This document shows positions 41,381 through 52,793 of a stretch of 64,000 nt of DNA, piece after piece. The first letter of the stretch is position 1. Every line of letters begins with the position of its first letter. The stretch spans positions 6,438-70,437 of the forward strand of contig JAHDYR010000046.1 of assembly GCA_019828565.1 (NCBI GenBank), given 5' to 3'. Source of the DNA: Carpediemonas membranifera BICM (taxonomy: Eukaryota > Protista > Fornicata). The translations under genes were made by a program, and so were the position numbers. The notes under the pieces are model-generated. The model saw only the letters and a list, made by a program, of their open reading frames with translations. It was not told the DNA's origin and did no database searches.

Positions 41381-44300
41381 CTAGGCTAGTAGAAGACTGT
41401 CACCCACTTTGGGGATGATCCGACGACATCGATCAAAATCAATCAAGGATTCCGGGACTTGATTCTGGGACTTTAAGTCCCGGTTAGAGTACCGGAAAAC
41501 GCAGCATGCAGCCGCGCGTTCGCGAGCAGCTTGGGCTTGTGTCAGCCAATCCACGATGGCTCTGCACTGCCACTTCCAATTGGCAACGAAAACCCGGTCC
41601 ACGAGACGATCCTTGGCCGCGTTGTCCAGCAGCTTCATCTCGACCAGCCTCTCTGGCCAGGGCACACCGCCAGCCTTCCAGGGCGCGCAACGGCCGCTCG
41701 AACTGACAACAGCAGGCACCATATCAACGTTGAAGTGCTGATACTGCTTCACCTTATCAGCCCGCGCGTCGGAGACGTAGTCCGAGCAGACGATGTCAAT
41801 GACGGGTTTCACACCGCCCTCGTCGGGCCTGACTTCGACGTCCATGCGCACTCTGTACGGCCGCAAAGGATGCTTCGCCTCTGCAGACTTCGGCGTCAGC
41901 CACCTCTCAGGCCTGGCTGCCACGCCCTCCTCCTTGAGGGTCCTGATCACTTCGTCCCGGATGGCGTCATGCCGCTGCACCTTTGCGTCACCGCGTAGGC
42001 ACGGGCACACCACCGCGTGCGACCAGCCCTTCATAGCCACAGTACGACTGTGCTTCTCAGAGCAGATCGGGCACACTCCAGCCGCGTCGCTAAAGGCGGG
42101 CCGGCCCAGGTGGTCGGCGATCATGGCCCGGTCGACCTCGTGGCGGTTCGACTGCCTCGTGACAGAGACTGGGTCGGACTTGAGCATAGCGCTGATGATG
42201 TTGGGCGCGACGACGCTGTCCTTCACCGCAGGGTTGGTGTTGAAATTATGTTCCTTCAACAGGCACACCAACTCGTGCTGCGGCTTGTCCTTGCCGACCG
42301 CCTTCAGCGCTGCCTCATCCTTGGGCCAATCCTTCACGTTGGCGCCCAGCGCGAGGACCTTATCCAGGTCGGGCCGGCTGAGGCCAAACTCCAGCAGATG
42401 CCGGGAGGCCCCCAGGTAGGCGGGAGCCCAGACATCGAGCGGCATCGGCAAGCCGAGACCGCCCGCGTGCACCGGCAGCCCTAGCCGCCGGCAGAACTTC
42501 TTCATCTCTTCCGCATCGGTGATCTTGTCTTGCAGGATGTCCAAGACGGCTGGGGCAATACACTGCCGTTCAAAGACGGCCGTCTTGCCCAGCAAATTGC
42601 CCTGGCCTGTGGTAGACTTGATCGTGGGGAGAACGTTGCGGTAGAAATGTATGGGGATGGTGAGCGCAGACACCCTGACGATCGTCAGAGCCACCGCCGT
42701 GGCCTTCGACCCGATCTCCCGGCAGAGCTCCTTGGCGGCGTCGAGCACGGCCTTCACCTTCTTCAGGATCTTGGTACAGCACTCAACGTGGAAGGCTGAG
42801 GAGACGGAGATGGGGATACCCACCAGCTTGAAAGACTGCGCCCGCGTCACCTGGTCCGAAGCGTTGTTGTCGTCCCGCGACTCGCGATGAGCGACCGCAC
42901 ACTTGGACCGGTTCAACGGCATCCCAACACTCGCAAAGAGCTGCTCCGACCGAGAGACGAATGAATTCGCCTTCCGGCCCGTCTCGTAGTCTTGCAGGGG
43001 GCTCGGGATGGACGCAGAAACGTCATCCTGGTATCCGCGAACAGTGAAGTCCGGGAATTCCCCGCGCAACTGCGTCAGCAGAGGGAACATGCCCAGCGAG
43101 AAGAGGAGTGGGGAGAGAGGATCACCCTGGTGGATGCCCTCCTCCGAGGCCCACACCTCGCCAGTCGTCGTCAGCAGCAAGCCGCTGGCGTACATTCGGC
43201 GGAGGTAGGGGCCGAGTACGGGAATATATGCCTCGACCACCTTCACGAGATAATCTCGGGACATCGTGCCATACGCGTTGGACATGTCCAACGTCACGAT
43301 GGTGCTCCCGTTCATGTACTCGTTCAGCGTGGCCGTCGCCAGCCGCTCCAGGCCGGCTGATTCGCCAAGCCCGAATTGGTCCCCCATCAACTCATCCTCG
43401 ACGACAAGCCTTGGGAAGACGACTGTTGCGGCGACCTTAGCCGCCAGCCGGCGCAGCACCTCGCCTATTGCGACAGGGCGGACCCCACCGCAATCCTTCG
43501 GCACCGGCACCAGGATCGCGTGTGCGAAGATCGACGTGTACTCCTCACCGTCCAGGATGTCCTGCAAGACAGGCTCCAAGGCGGCTACGAGGTCTCCACG
43601 CCTCACGCTCGCGGCAATGCGCAGGTGTAGCGCTGACAGGCCCGACGGTCCAGGGGCGGATTCCGGCGAAAGGCTCATGAGTGCGGCCTTGATCTGCTTG
43701 CGCGAGACCGTGATGGCACTGAGCGGGTTCGCCGGCACGTCGGGGAGGGAGATGTTCGGCACAAGCCCTGTCGGAGAAGACAGCTTCTCCTTCAGAGACT
43801 GATTGATCTCGTCAGGCGTGAGGGTCGTCTCCGACCCCGTGATCGTTGTCACTGCCTTGGAGATGAAGCCACGTATGGCCAAGTTCCACGCGCGCCTTGT
43901 GCGGTTGGCTCTCGGCCTGCGAGCCGAGACCTTCGGGGGTGCGTACAAGGTCTGCGCGTACGAGCACAGTCTCGCGGCGGCAGCAAGTTTGGCGTCCGTG
44001 CCTTCGGCGTCGGCGATTGCCTTCAGGCGGCTGATCAAGCCCTCCGCGAACCCGGCGCGACGGCGCTTGGGTGGGGCGAGCTTACCCAGGAAGAGGGCCT
44101 TCGCTGGGTCGAGGAAACAGTCTGGGCGGACGGGGGCCGTCGCTCTGCGCTGATTGAACTCTGGCGTCTGGGACGCGTCGAGTGTAACGCTGGACGGGCC
44201 CTCGCTTGCCTGGCTTGCTGGGCGTTGAGGGGTCTGACTCGGAGCCGGCGGTTGGCTCGGAATCGGCGGGCGGGGGACGGGGGCAGACTGAGTCTGGGGT

Positions 44301-44785
44301 GAAGGGCTGAGGGCGCGGGCGGTGTCGTTTGACCCAACAGGCGCACCAGCGATCCGGGCGACCGTCCTCACGACTTCGGCTGCATGAGCAGGCGCTGTAT
44401 CGATCATTGTCATGCGAGACTTCGTGACGTTGGGCGCATTGCGACCCTCGTATGCCACGGCAACTGCACGAATTCTGTCGAGGATCTCCCGCAGTTTTGC
44501 GAGAGTCAGACGTTTGTTCTTACGGGACTTCCCGTCTCCAAGCCAAGTTCTAACGTTTGCTTCGTTCTGCAAAGCGTCAAATAGTTCCTGATTACTGTTG
44601 AAGTCGTTCACGACCTCATCAGGGACGTATTGTGCGAAATTTTTGCGGATTTCGGAGATAACGTGGAGAAGCTCCTCCTGGATCCCTAATGTACCACCAG
44701 GCACATCAGGAGACCTTGTGAAGATGATTCTCCCACCTCCTTCTTGTGATCGTCGGTGATCTACCGACATTCTCTGATGCTGCAT
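41381..44785 (-). CDS. CRE-like RT-REL polyprotein, intact frame; C-terminus replaced by TIR read-through
   Basis: 1134-aa ORF; after RERAAA it continues into the TIR instead of AGQDIVSE* as in copy 1. Confidence 0.92.
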   Translation of the reverse strand: MQHQRMSVDHRRSQEGGGRIIFTRSPDVPGGTLGIQEELLHVISEIRKNFAQYVPDEVVNDFNSNQELFDALQNEANVRTWLGDGKSRKNKRLTLAKLREILDRIRAVAVAYEGRNAPNVTKSRMTMIDTAPAHAAEVVRTVARIAGAPVGSNDTARALSPSPQTQSAPVPRPPIPSQPPAPSQTPQRPASQASEGPSSVTLDASQTPEFNQRRATAPVRPDCFLDPAKALFLGKLAPPKRRRAGFAEGLISRLKAIADAEGTDAKLAAAARLCSYAQTLYAPPKVSARRPRANRTRRAWNLAIRGFISKAVTTITGSETTLTPDEINQSLKEKLSSPTGLVPNISLPDVPANPLSAITVSRKQIKAALMSLSPESAPGPSGLSALHLRIAASVRRGDLVAALEPVLQDILDGEEYTSIFAHAILVPVPKDCGGVRPVAIGEVLRRLAAKVAATVVFPRLVVEDELMGDQFGLGESAGLERLATATLNEYMNGSTIVTLDMSNAYGTMSRDYLVKVVEAYIPVLGPYLRRMYASGLLLTTTGEVWASEEGIHQGDPLSPLLFSLGMFPLLTQLRGEFPDFTVRGYQDDVSASIPSPLQDYETGRKANSFVSRSEQLFASVGMPLNRSKCAVAHRESRDDNNASDQVTRAQSFKLVGIPISVSSAFHVECCTKILKKVKAVLDAAKELCREIGSKATAVALTIVRVSALTIPIHFYRNVLPTIKSTTGQGNLLGKTAVFERQCIAPAVLDILQDKITDAEEMKKFCRRLGLPVHAGGLGLPMPLDVWAPAYLGASRHLLEFGLSRPDLDKVLALGANVKDWPKDEAALKAVGKDKPQHELVCLLKEHNFNTNPAVKDSVVAPNIISAMLKSDPVSVTRQSNRHEVDRAMIADHLGRPAFSDAAGVCPICSEKHSRTVAMKGWSHAVVCPCLRGDAKVQRHDAIRDEVIRTLKEEGVAARPERWLTPKSAEAKHPLRPYRVRMDVEVRPDEGGVKPVIDIVCSDYVSDARADKVKQYQHFNVDMVPAVVSSSGRCAPWKAGGVPWPERLVEMKLLDNAAKDRLVDRVFVANWKWQCRAIVDWLTQAQAARERAAACCVFRYSNRDLKSQNQVPESLIDFDRCRRIIPKVGDSLLLA
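41449..41508 (-). repeat. Right TIR
   Basis: Inverse of 19682..19740. Confidence 0.92.
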
Positions 44786-44796
44786 CGCTCGAATTT
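44780..44796 (+). repeat. 17-bp target-site duplication copy 3
   Basis: CTGCATCGCTCGAATTT at the 5' junction of CRE-like copy 2. Confidence 0.85.
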
Positions 44797-45049
44797 ATTA
44801 CGGTTCGTCAACACGTTCAGTCTGCCAGCTAGCTGTCCTAGCCTCTAGACATACTTGCTCTACCCAACGGGGATATCCCACCGGCAACGAGCATAGTGGA
44901 ATGGCTTGCAGGCACGCTTGCGAGCCCAAACCGACCGTCTCCTCGAGAGACCGCGTCAAAGAATGTCTGTTGTGGCTTACATCTGCCGTTGTAACGCGTG
45001 TCAGCCCCACCCTACCTAGCTCTCCCAGCCACTAGCTCCCGTCAGAGAT

Positions 45050-45544
45050 TTAAAGTGGTGGTTGGAGAAGGATGGAGGCCAGGTGTCCCTGGACCCCCGG
45101 GTGTGTGCGGACCCCGTTGCCCATATATCTCAGCATGCTTTTCGTGGAGGCCCACGTCCCCATGGACAGGAGGACTTCGGTACTCGTGTGAGCTAAAGCC
45201 AACTCCGTGGTGGCGCCCTTGCGGAATGAGTGCCACGAAAAGTCGGTGCCGTACGCCTGGTGGATCCAGTGGCGGAGGGTTGACGCCGGTAGCGGCTTCG
45301 ATAGTGAAATACCACCGGTTGAGGTGATCGCCCGCCAGATGAGGTCGTCGTCGCGGCGCGTTGCCGTGGGGACCCATGCCTTCAGGGCCCTTGCTGGGTT
45401 AAAGCGGGCCCACGATTGGTTTGGTACCAGCTTGGGGACGCCTGTGGCAGTCTTAGTTCTCGCGAACAGAAGGAGGGCATTGCCATCAGCGTCGAACTCG
45501 ACGTCTCTTCGTCTGAGCCCAAAGATCTCTGCGCCTCTACTCAC
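45050..45544 (-). CDS. Tyrosine recombinase catalytic domain of element E (N-terminus upstream, frameshifted)
   Basis: SRGAEI, RTKT, HSFRKG, GTW, RY. Confidence 0.9.
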   Translation of the reverse strand: MSRGAEIFGLRRRDVEFDADGNALLLFARTKTATGVPKLVPNQSWARFNPARALKAWVPTATRRDDDLIWRAITSTGGISLSKPLPASTLRHWIHQAYGTDFSWHSFRKGATTELALAHTSTEVLLSMGTWASTKSMLRYMGNGVRTHPGVQGHLASILLQPPL

Positions 45545-45806
45545 GGTGATAAAGCAGAGAGCAGAAAAGAGGGCGGCCTGGAAGGCTTGGGGTGACTTCC
45601 GACGTCTGTCTATGACCCTGCGGACTCTCGCGGACGTGACAGGCTTCGCACCCCCGGTCAGGCCTTCTACAGAGGCGACGTTCCGGGCGGCGGCGATTAT
45701 CTGCTTGGCAGCGGTCGGGGGCGCCAGTCAGACACGAGTGGGGCGGCCTCGCAAATCCAGTAGCCTTTCCTGTGTATCGACTGTGGGCCCGACGTGGTAC
45801 CCTCGG

Positions 45807-47855
45807 TCAGAAGGAACTCTTGGAGCTGTTGCGCGTGTGAGTGGCTCGCGTTGCGGGATTGGAGGAATTTGGCGACCCAGCCCGCTGCTGTGCGGCGCGA
45901 CGATTCGTTTCTGAAATGTGATAGTCGGTCGTCAGCGAGGAGGGCTTGGAACGGGTCCTCAGGATAAGCGCCACGAAGCGGATCTTGCCCTTGTCTGTCG
46001 CTGTCCAGGCTAGCTCGGACTGCAGGAGGTGTTTCGCCTGGACTCTGAGGTACAACTTGAGGGGTGTCAAACGTTTGATGGCTCGGACCTCGGGCGAGTT
46101 GAGGTCCGGGCACAGGACTATCGCCGCTGATCTCCAGTGTCGAGGGTTCCCAGTCTGGGTCGAGGCACGTATTGTCTGGAGGCGACGACACGTCACTCCA
46201 AGAAGGGCTATAGGAGGAGCTATATAAATCCTGACTCCCCTCCAGTCCATCTGGAAGCCGTTGTCGTGGATTGACCAGGCTATTTCTGCAAAAGCCTGGT
46301 AAGGCCAGAACCTTGTCGGGGCGTGCTGTGACGTCGATCTCGACCGGCCCCAACTTGCGCATGATGGTTTCCAAGACTTCTCGGGGTGACGACCAGTCGA
46401 GCTTGGCGAACCTGGAGAGCCTGTCCGCCTGGACGTTCAGGTGTCCGGCAATATGGAAGCAGTGGACGTCGAGGCGCTTGGTTTCTGCCGTGTTGTAGAT
46501 GTCCTGTAGGATCTGGTGTGCGGCTGGGGGAGGTTCGGCGATCCCCGTCTGTTTACCCAGCTGATGGCAGCTGAGTTGTCGGCAAAGACTGTGAGAGAGG
46601 AGCGTGACTCCTGCTGGGGCACGAGATTGATCGCCTGAGCGATCGCGAAGAGCTCCTTGACGCCGATGTGTTCCCCCTTGAGATGAGGGGGAAGGCACCC
46701 TGTGATGCCGCTCCCTTCTCCCCATTGAACAGGCATGCTCCCCAGCCGGACGTTGATGCGTCTGAGGTGACAGAAATCTGGAGCGTATCGCGTATTTCCC
46801 AGTCCGCTCTTGCTTCGGCGAACCTCTTGGGTGGGCGATCGCGGAGGAGGACTTGCCACGCCGCCAGCTGCCTGCGGATTTGGCTGGAGAGGTGGACGGT
46901 CTCCGTTGTAGGGGGTGGCCTGCAGTGGTCTGAGTGCGAGGCGGGCGAACTGTGTGGTCCCTGCGAAGAATGACAGACGGCCTAGGAGCTTCTGCCAGTC
47001 TGAAGCTGTGATGGACCCGACCCGGAGGGCCTTGGCGATCGTGGCCGTGTAGGTCTCGGCCTTGTCTTTTGAGATTCTTAGGGACTCGCTTGCGGTGTCT
47101 ATGTGGACACCTAGGTAGTCTACCTGCTGGGTCGGCGTGAGGACGCACTTGTTGAGGCCCGGTATCGCCCCCAGCGATAGCATGAGGTCGATGATCTGCG
47201 GGGTGACCGAAGCTAGGTACGATGGGGAGGCATGGGACACTAAGAAGTCGTCGAGATAGACCGCGATGGTCACCCCGAACCTGTGTGTGATGATCTTTGC
47301 AAGCTGTATGGTCGTGCTCTGGAACACGTACGGCGCCGCTGTCCATCCGAAGCCGAGTGTGTTGTACCTGAATGCGCGGCCGTCCGGTAGGACCACGCCT
47401 AGGAGGGGGGAGTCTCGCGAGGCGACGCCAAGTTGGTGGTATCCCGATGCTAGGTCTATCTTGATCATGTAGTCGTTCTTGTGCAGATTGCGGACCGCCC
47501 TTCTGATGCCGAACAGACGAAACACCCTCAGCTCTGCTGTCAACTCGTTCAGGGCTCGGAGGTCGTGCACGGGGCGGACATCGTCTTTGCCCTTCGACAC
47601 CGCGAACAGGGGTGCGCTGTGACGCAGTTCGTCTATCGGGCACGGGAAGAGGACGCCCTTGGCGACTAGCTCTTCGATCTTCGGGAGTAGGCGGGGGTCC
47701 ACTCGCCTTTGCGGTTCTGGTGGAGGGGGCGCAGAGGTGAGGTGGATAGGGACGCCATCCCGCAGCCAGCTTACTACCTCGGGGGAGGCACCGAGTCTTG
47801 CCCACACCGGCCACTTTTTGTTCATTGACGGGAACTGAACTGAAGTCTGTGGCAA
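45807..47855 (-). CDS. RT-RNase H-MT-like ORF of element E (several frameshifts)
   Basis: DLASGYHQ, LGFGWTAAP, YLDD, IGVKEL, ADN, GHLNVQADRLSR, GPVEIDVTA, WRGVRIYIAPP. Confidence 0.88.
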
Positions 47856-47858
47856 GGG

Positions 47859-48386
47859 CTACTTCTTGTGCTTCTTGTGAAACCCCCCTTTGTTCTGGGG
47901 CTGGTCCTTCCTCTTACCCTTGGCTCTGGCTTTTGGCTGCGCAGTAGGAGATGGCACGGGGGTTTTGGTCTGGGACGTGTTGAACAAGTCGAGAAACAGT
48001 TCGCAGGTTGCGTCCGACCAGTTGTCGTCCTTGAGGTCCAGAAGGGTACGGCGTGCTTGGAGTTCCACCAGGAGTCTTGCTTTGAGCGGCTCGTCGTCGA
48101 GGGCGTTGACGATCACCATCACGCGGCGAAGCCACTTTGCTTCCGCCTTAAGTGGTCTCTTTGTCGGAAGCTCGCCGTATGCATCCATCTCTGCCAGTGT
48201 TTGGTCAATATCCGCTTCATCTTGTTCAGGGAAGAAATCAATTTGGGATTCCTTCGGCGGCTCGGTCTCGGGCGGCGGAGGAGGCGGATTAAGCTTTGCA
48301 AGCTGTTGCGAGATGGTAGCGATTGAGGATTCTAGGTTATTGAGCCTCGTTGCCGTCGGATCTGGATGTTCCGAATTTTCTACCAT
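47859..48386 (-). CDS. Gag-like ORF1 of element E
   Basis: Similar to the element D gag; directly upstream of the RT. Confidence 0.8.
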   Translation of the reverse strand: MVENSEHPDPTATRLNNLESSIATISQQLAKLNPPPPPPETEPPKESQIDFFPEQDEADIDQTLAEMDAYGELPTKRPLKAEAKWLRRVMVIVNALDDEPLKARLLVELQARRTLLDLKDDNWSDATCELFLDLFNTSQTKTPVPSPTAQPKARAKGKRKDQPQNKGGFHKKHKK

Positions 48387-49194
48387 TCTGCCCGCATAAA
48401 CTGCGCGGCTCGCCTGGTCGGCGCATCACCATGCCGGAGCGAGGCGATCTCATTGCCCTCCGCTCACGGCCCGTTACCCGAGGTAACCTGTCAGCGCGAT
48501 GTAACGCCAGATTTTGCTGGCCACACAACATATACACTCTTACCCAGAGCGCGACACTCCCGGAATCAGCAGGGGCTAAACCTCGCGTATTCCGGTAGTG
48601 AAGGGCCGTGACTAAGTCACCCACTGAGGTCAAGAACAGAACATGCACAGAACAAGGGTACGCTAACAACAATATCAGAAATAGGAAACATAAAGTACCC
48701 AAGCAAACAGATAATCAGATGTCAGACAAATCCACACAGTGGTTGTGTCAGTCAGTACAATTTAAGAACATTTATGGATTGACTTCGACACCCCTGTGTC
48801 GAAGTCTATTCTCCCAGTAAAACAGGTATAGTCAAACCACAGTAATATTACTTCAAATGACTGAAAACGGCCCGTCAGTGAACGAGCCAAGCATTAGTGC
48901 CATTCTGGCATTTCACGAAAAGCTAACGAGACATGTTCAGGCGGGTGGAAAGCGCCGCCTCATTAAGCGCTTAGGCCCTGCAGTTCTAACATTCTGCAGT
49001 TCATCGGGTGTTGATGTTAAGCAGGTGTACCGCCGCGCGAGGAGTTTTTTTGAGTTTTTGAGTTTATTTTTTGATACAGTGCCGGGGTGTCCACCTCCAG
49101 GCACTGGCCACAACCCGAGCCAGACGAGCGGTGATCAGCCGCAGGAGGGCAACGGTTCTCATAACATTGGAAGCCAGAGCTGCGGCGCCCAAGA

Positions 49195-52100
49195 AAGAAA
49201 GAAATTTATGGTGCTTGGATTCTGACCCCGGACTGAGCTTGTTTCCCGTTGTCTTGGAGCTGAGTGCCCCGGGGTACTGCCTATTTCCCGTGGCAAACTG
49301 GTCAGCAGCGTTTGCCTTGGGCTTTCGGTGCTACTGTCTCCGCGGAAAGCCGATTCCAATCGCCCCAGAGGCCCTGCGGCCATCTCCGTGCAAATATGCT
49401 TTCATGTCTCCCTGAAAGTCCGGCAACTATCCGGGGAGCCTGGGGGTCTGTCCTCGGGGCATTGACAGGCAGGATCGTCCTGCAGAACCTTGACTATGAC
49501 ACTCCTTGCTTCCCTGCAGTCCTTGTAGAGCCGTTCAGCCACGGCACCCTCTCGTCTGTCCGGTTCCCCAATTCCATGCCCCCTCGACTCTGTTAAGAAG
49601 CCTACCCGAAGGCGGGGAAAGTGACTAAGTCCATGCTGTCTACCCCGGTTAGGTGGCGTGGGTCAGGGGCATGGGTGGTGTACCCCAGGCACTAGGCCTG
49701 GTTGTCCTGTTACCCCCTTACAACATTTCGCTTGCACTACATGTCCTTGGTTTCCCATGTCGTTAACAAGGGCGGCAGGGGCACCTGTGCCCCTCCGACC
49801 CCCGTGGCCAGTCCCTGCAGTTTCCTTGGGGTCCCAACGAGTGGTGCAACCATATGAATATGGATTTCCTTGACCTTATCCTTGCTCTGTCCTTGTCGCA
49901 TGTCCTTTCTTTCTTATTTCTGGTCTGTCCTTCCTGTTCTTTCCTTGCAGTCGTTCCTTCCCTTGCTTTGGTTCCTGGCTACCGGGATACGTGGGGCCTT
50001 TTCCTCACTGATCCCAGGAGCTTAGCACCAGCGAGGGTGGTCCATGGCTGATTCCTTGTCCATCCCTTCCCGGTCCTGGAGTCAGGGGGTTCATGAAATG
50101 CTTCTATTCCACCTTGAAGCTGTTGTAAACCTTTGCCAGTTCCCGTAGTCCTGCCGTGAGGCCTTCCCAAATGTCCTCCGAGCCCCATATTATTAGTTGC
50201 TGTAATTCTAGGATGGGTCTTTCCTGGTACCATTCGCCCTGGGGGCCCTGCCTTACTTCCAAGTCCTTAGTTTTGTGCTTCGCTGCTGTCCACAGCTTTG
50301 TCCAAGCTTCTCCCCTGTCTACTGCCGGGCATTCACAGATTATGTGCGCTGCCGATCCTAGCCTCTGGCCCTCTGCCCACTCCCTGATCATTTCCTGCTT
50401 CCTTGCTGGTCCTGGCTTTTTCCCTAATGATCCTGTAGAACAGGCTCACCTCCGACTCCTCCGAGCATAGGGGGCATAGTCTGCTAATTTCTCTCTTCAG
50501 GTCAGCGCCTTGGGCCAGCTCTGTGATGGCTCTCATAGGGCCCTCCCCTCTCTCTGCCGACGATGGGGATGGGCTGACATTGGCTGCAATGGATACAATT
50601 CTCTTCCATTCCGCCCTGCTTTGCCCCTTCCCAGCCTTTCGGTCTACCGTAGGCTTACCTTGCAGACACTTGCTTAATTTCCTTGTCCCCATGATTTCCA
50701 TTAGTCCTAGTGCCGTACGGCTTTTGCACCGCTTCATCCACCCCCTCCTGATCGTTTCCATGCCATAATCCGGTCTAGTAGCGCTGGTTTAGGGGCTCCC
50801 TCTCTGGTGCCCTCCAGTAGATGCTGCACTCTCTCCCGAGCTTCCCACATAACCGTGCCCCGCCCCCATTCTCTGTTTCTGACTGGTATATCCTGGTCCC
50901 TGTAGTTGACTATCCTTTTGACTGCCAGCCATTCCATGTGTGCCTGGAGGTCCACCCATCCATTCATCAGCCTCATGGCTGCGCCCCCTCCCGGTCCTGT
51001 TCCTGCCATGATTCCCTGCCAGTCATTCCAGATCCTTCTACCTCCCGGTGCGTTCCCCCACACCTCGACTCCGAAGAGGATCCTGGGCCATATATATATT
51101 TCCAGTAGTAGCCTGCTCGCTAGTGCTGGCATGTTTGCCCTGGTCCACCCTGCCCATCTCACCAGTCTCTTGTACCTTTCGCTCTGCTCCTGTTTCCGCC
51201 TTATGCAGGCCGACATAGGGTCCTTCCCACTTGCGATCCATAATCCCAGGTATCTCGCCTCCTTCTCTGGCAGTAGTGTTACCCCCTCGATCCTGACTAG
51301 GGCTGTTCTGTCCACGCTAATCATTACATTCTTCTGGGCGTTCACCCTCATTTCATGCTCTCTGATTATGTCCACCATTATGTTGGCGACCATCTGGCTA
51401 TGCTCCGGTTTGCTCCCTGTGACCGCAGTGTCATCCACAAACATGGTAAGTGCTGCCGGTAGTCGGTCGCTGAGGTGGCTCGTGGTCCTTGGCGGTTCTC
51501 TGATGTCGTACCGTTCTCCCTTGATTTTCTTTCTGGCCAGGTGGGGCCAGTTAGCCATGAACAGCACAAACAGTGTCGGTGCCAGGACGCACCCTTGCTT
51601 AACTCCCCTGTTGGTTCTTTCCCATGCCTTTTGCCCCCTTGACTGATATCCAGGTTTCCTTCATTGTGCCTTGAATTGCCCTGATCAAGTGCTCCTCCAC
51701 CCCCATACCCTGTAGCTTATCCATGAGAATGTCCCTTGGTACCGTGTCATATGCCTTCTCGATGTCCAGAAAGATTGACGTGGTCTCACCCCCTCCTGGT
51801 GCCGCTGCACAATGTACTGTATCTGCTGGATGACGTCCCTGTCTGACTGGAAACCAGCCTGTTCTCTTGGTATGAACCTTTTCGTTGCTGCTTCCAGACG
51901 TATCTTGAGCAATCTACCATAGACCCTGTACAGCAGTGCTGTCAAGGATATTGGTCTATATGATTCCGGCTTGACCCTTGGCTTCCCTGTCTTGTGTATG
52001 GCCGACACTGTGGCATACTTCCATGCTTTGGGTACGTCGCCCTCCCTGTAGACCCTGTTGATGAGCCTCGTCACTTCCCTAAGGCCTTTCTCATCCAGCT

Positions 52101-52793
52101 CTCTCAGCATGTCTCCAGATGTGAGGTCAGGCCCTGGTGCGGTGTCCCTCCTGATCCTTTTGATTGCGGCTTTGACCTCGCTTTCCTTGAACTCATTTCC
52201 GTCCCTGCCCCTCCATGTCTTCCAGGTGGGTTCCCTGCCTCTGCTGACTCTAGCATACTGTTGCAAGAGGATCTCGCTGATGGCCGCCTTGTCCGTGGTT
52301 ATCACTCCGTCCTTGAGGAGGCTCTCCGGCATTCCCTTGTATTGGTTGTCACACCACCAACTTCTGATGGCAGCTTCCACTGAGGCCCTTGAGGCCCTAT
52401 ACCCCCCTTTTGCACTTCTGCTGATGTCGGCCACCCATTTGGCCCTGCGCTCTCCCCAGTATTTCTCCAGCTCCTCTTTCATCCTTTCCTTCCTGGTCCT
52501 GTTGCCTATTTCTGTCCATGGGGTTCGCTGGAGTTCGCTCCACACTCCGTTCCCGAACACTTTGTCCCTTGCCTTTGCTCCCCTGTTGTTCACTGGGTCG
52601 CCCATGCATGCTCTTATAGTCTCTTCCCATTGGTCCGAGCTCTTGATCCTGTTCAGCTTTGAGACTGTGACTGGCCCCTCCTTCTTTTTCATGGGCCAGG
52701 TGTGCACCTCGGGTATGGCCAGAGCCACGTCTCGCTCACTTCTGCCATAGTACCGTTGTTCCTTCCATGCTAGTGTGATTCCATTGTGTGCTG
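49195..52793 (-). mobile_element. LINE family 1 copy 2, 5'-truncated, with TSD and (TTTC)n tail
   Basis: Inverse of 5662..9124 plus ~130 extra 3' bases; GCTGCGGCGCCCAAGA repeated at 49179..49194 and 52790..52805. Confidence 0.92.
50104..52793 (-). pseudogene. 5'-truncated, frameshifted LINE ORF2 (RT)
   Basis: Near-identical to ORF2 of copy 1 from the end of the APE domain onward. Confidence 0.85.

Larger units (their letters stand above)
19682..41508. mobile_element. Giant (21.8 kb) cargo-carrying TIR DNA transposon
   Basis: Imperfect ~60-bp TIRs starting CATGCTG; CA duplicated at 19680-19681 and 41509-41510 relative to the empty site GCCCAGCAGCAGCCGCG at ~12305. Confidence 0.92.
15600..44779 (-). 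mobile_element. CRE-like retrotransposon copy 2, interrupted by YR element D and the 21.8-kb DNA transposon
   Basis: 15600..15637, 19424..19681 and 41509..44779 reconstitute copy 1 almost base for base. Confidence 0.85.
44800..48620 (-). mobile_element. DIRS/PAT-like YR retrotransposon E (termini approximate)
   Basis: gag, RT-RH-MT and YR collinear with and similar to element D; no exact terminal repeats found. Confidence 0.85.

Noticed and set aside
19682-41508. Polinton/Maverick, virophage or endogenous virus
   Set aside because: No recognisable protein-primed PolB, packaging ATPase, capsid or retroviral-type integrase; the TSD is 2 bp rather than 6 bp and the TIRs are short.
44800-48620. 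Exact ITRs or split direct repeats for element E
   Set aside because: No identical repeats found between its two ends, so the boundaries are left approximate.
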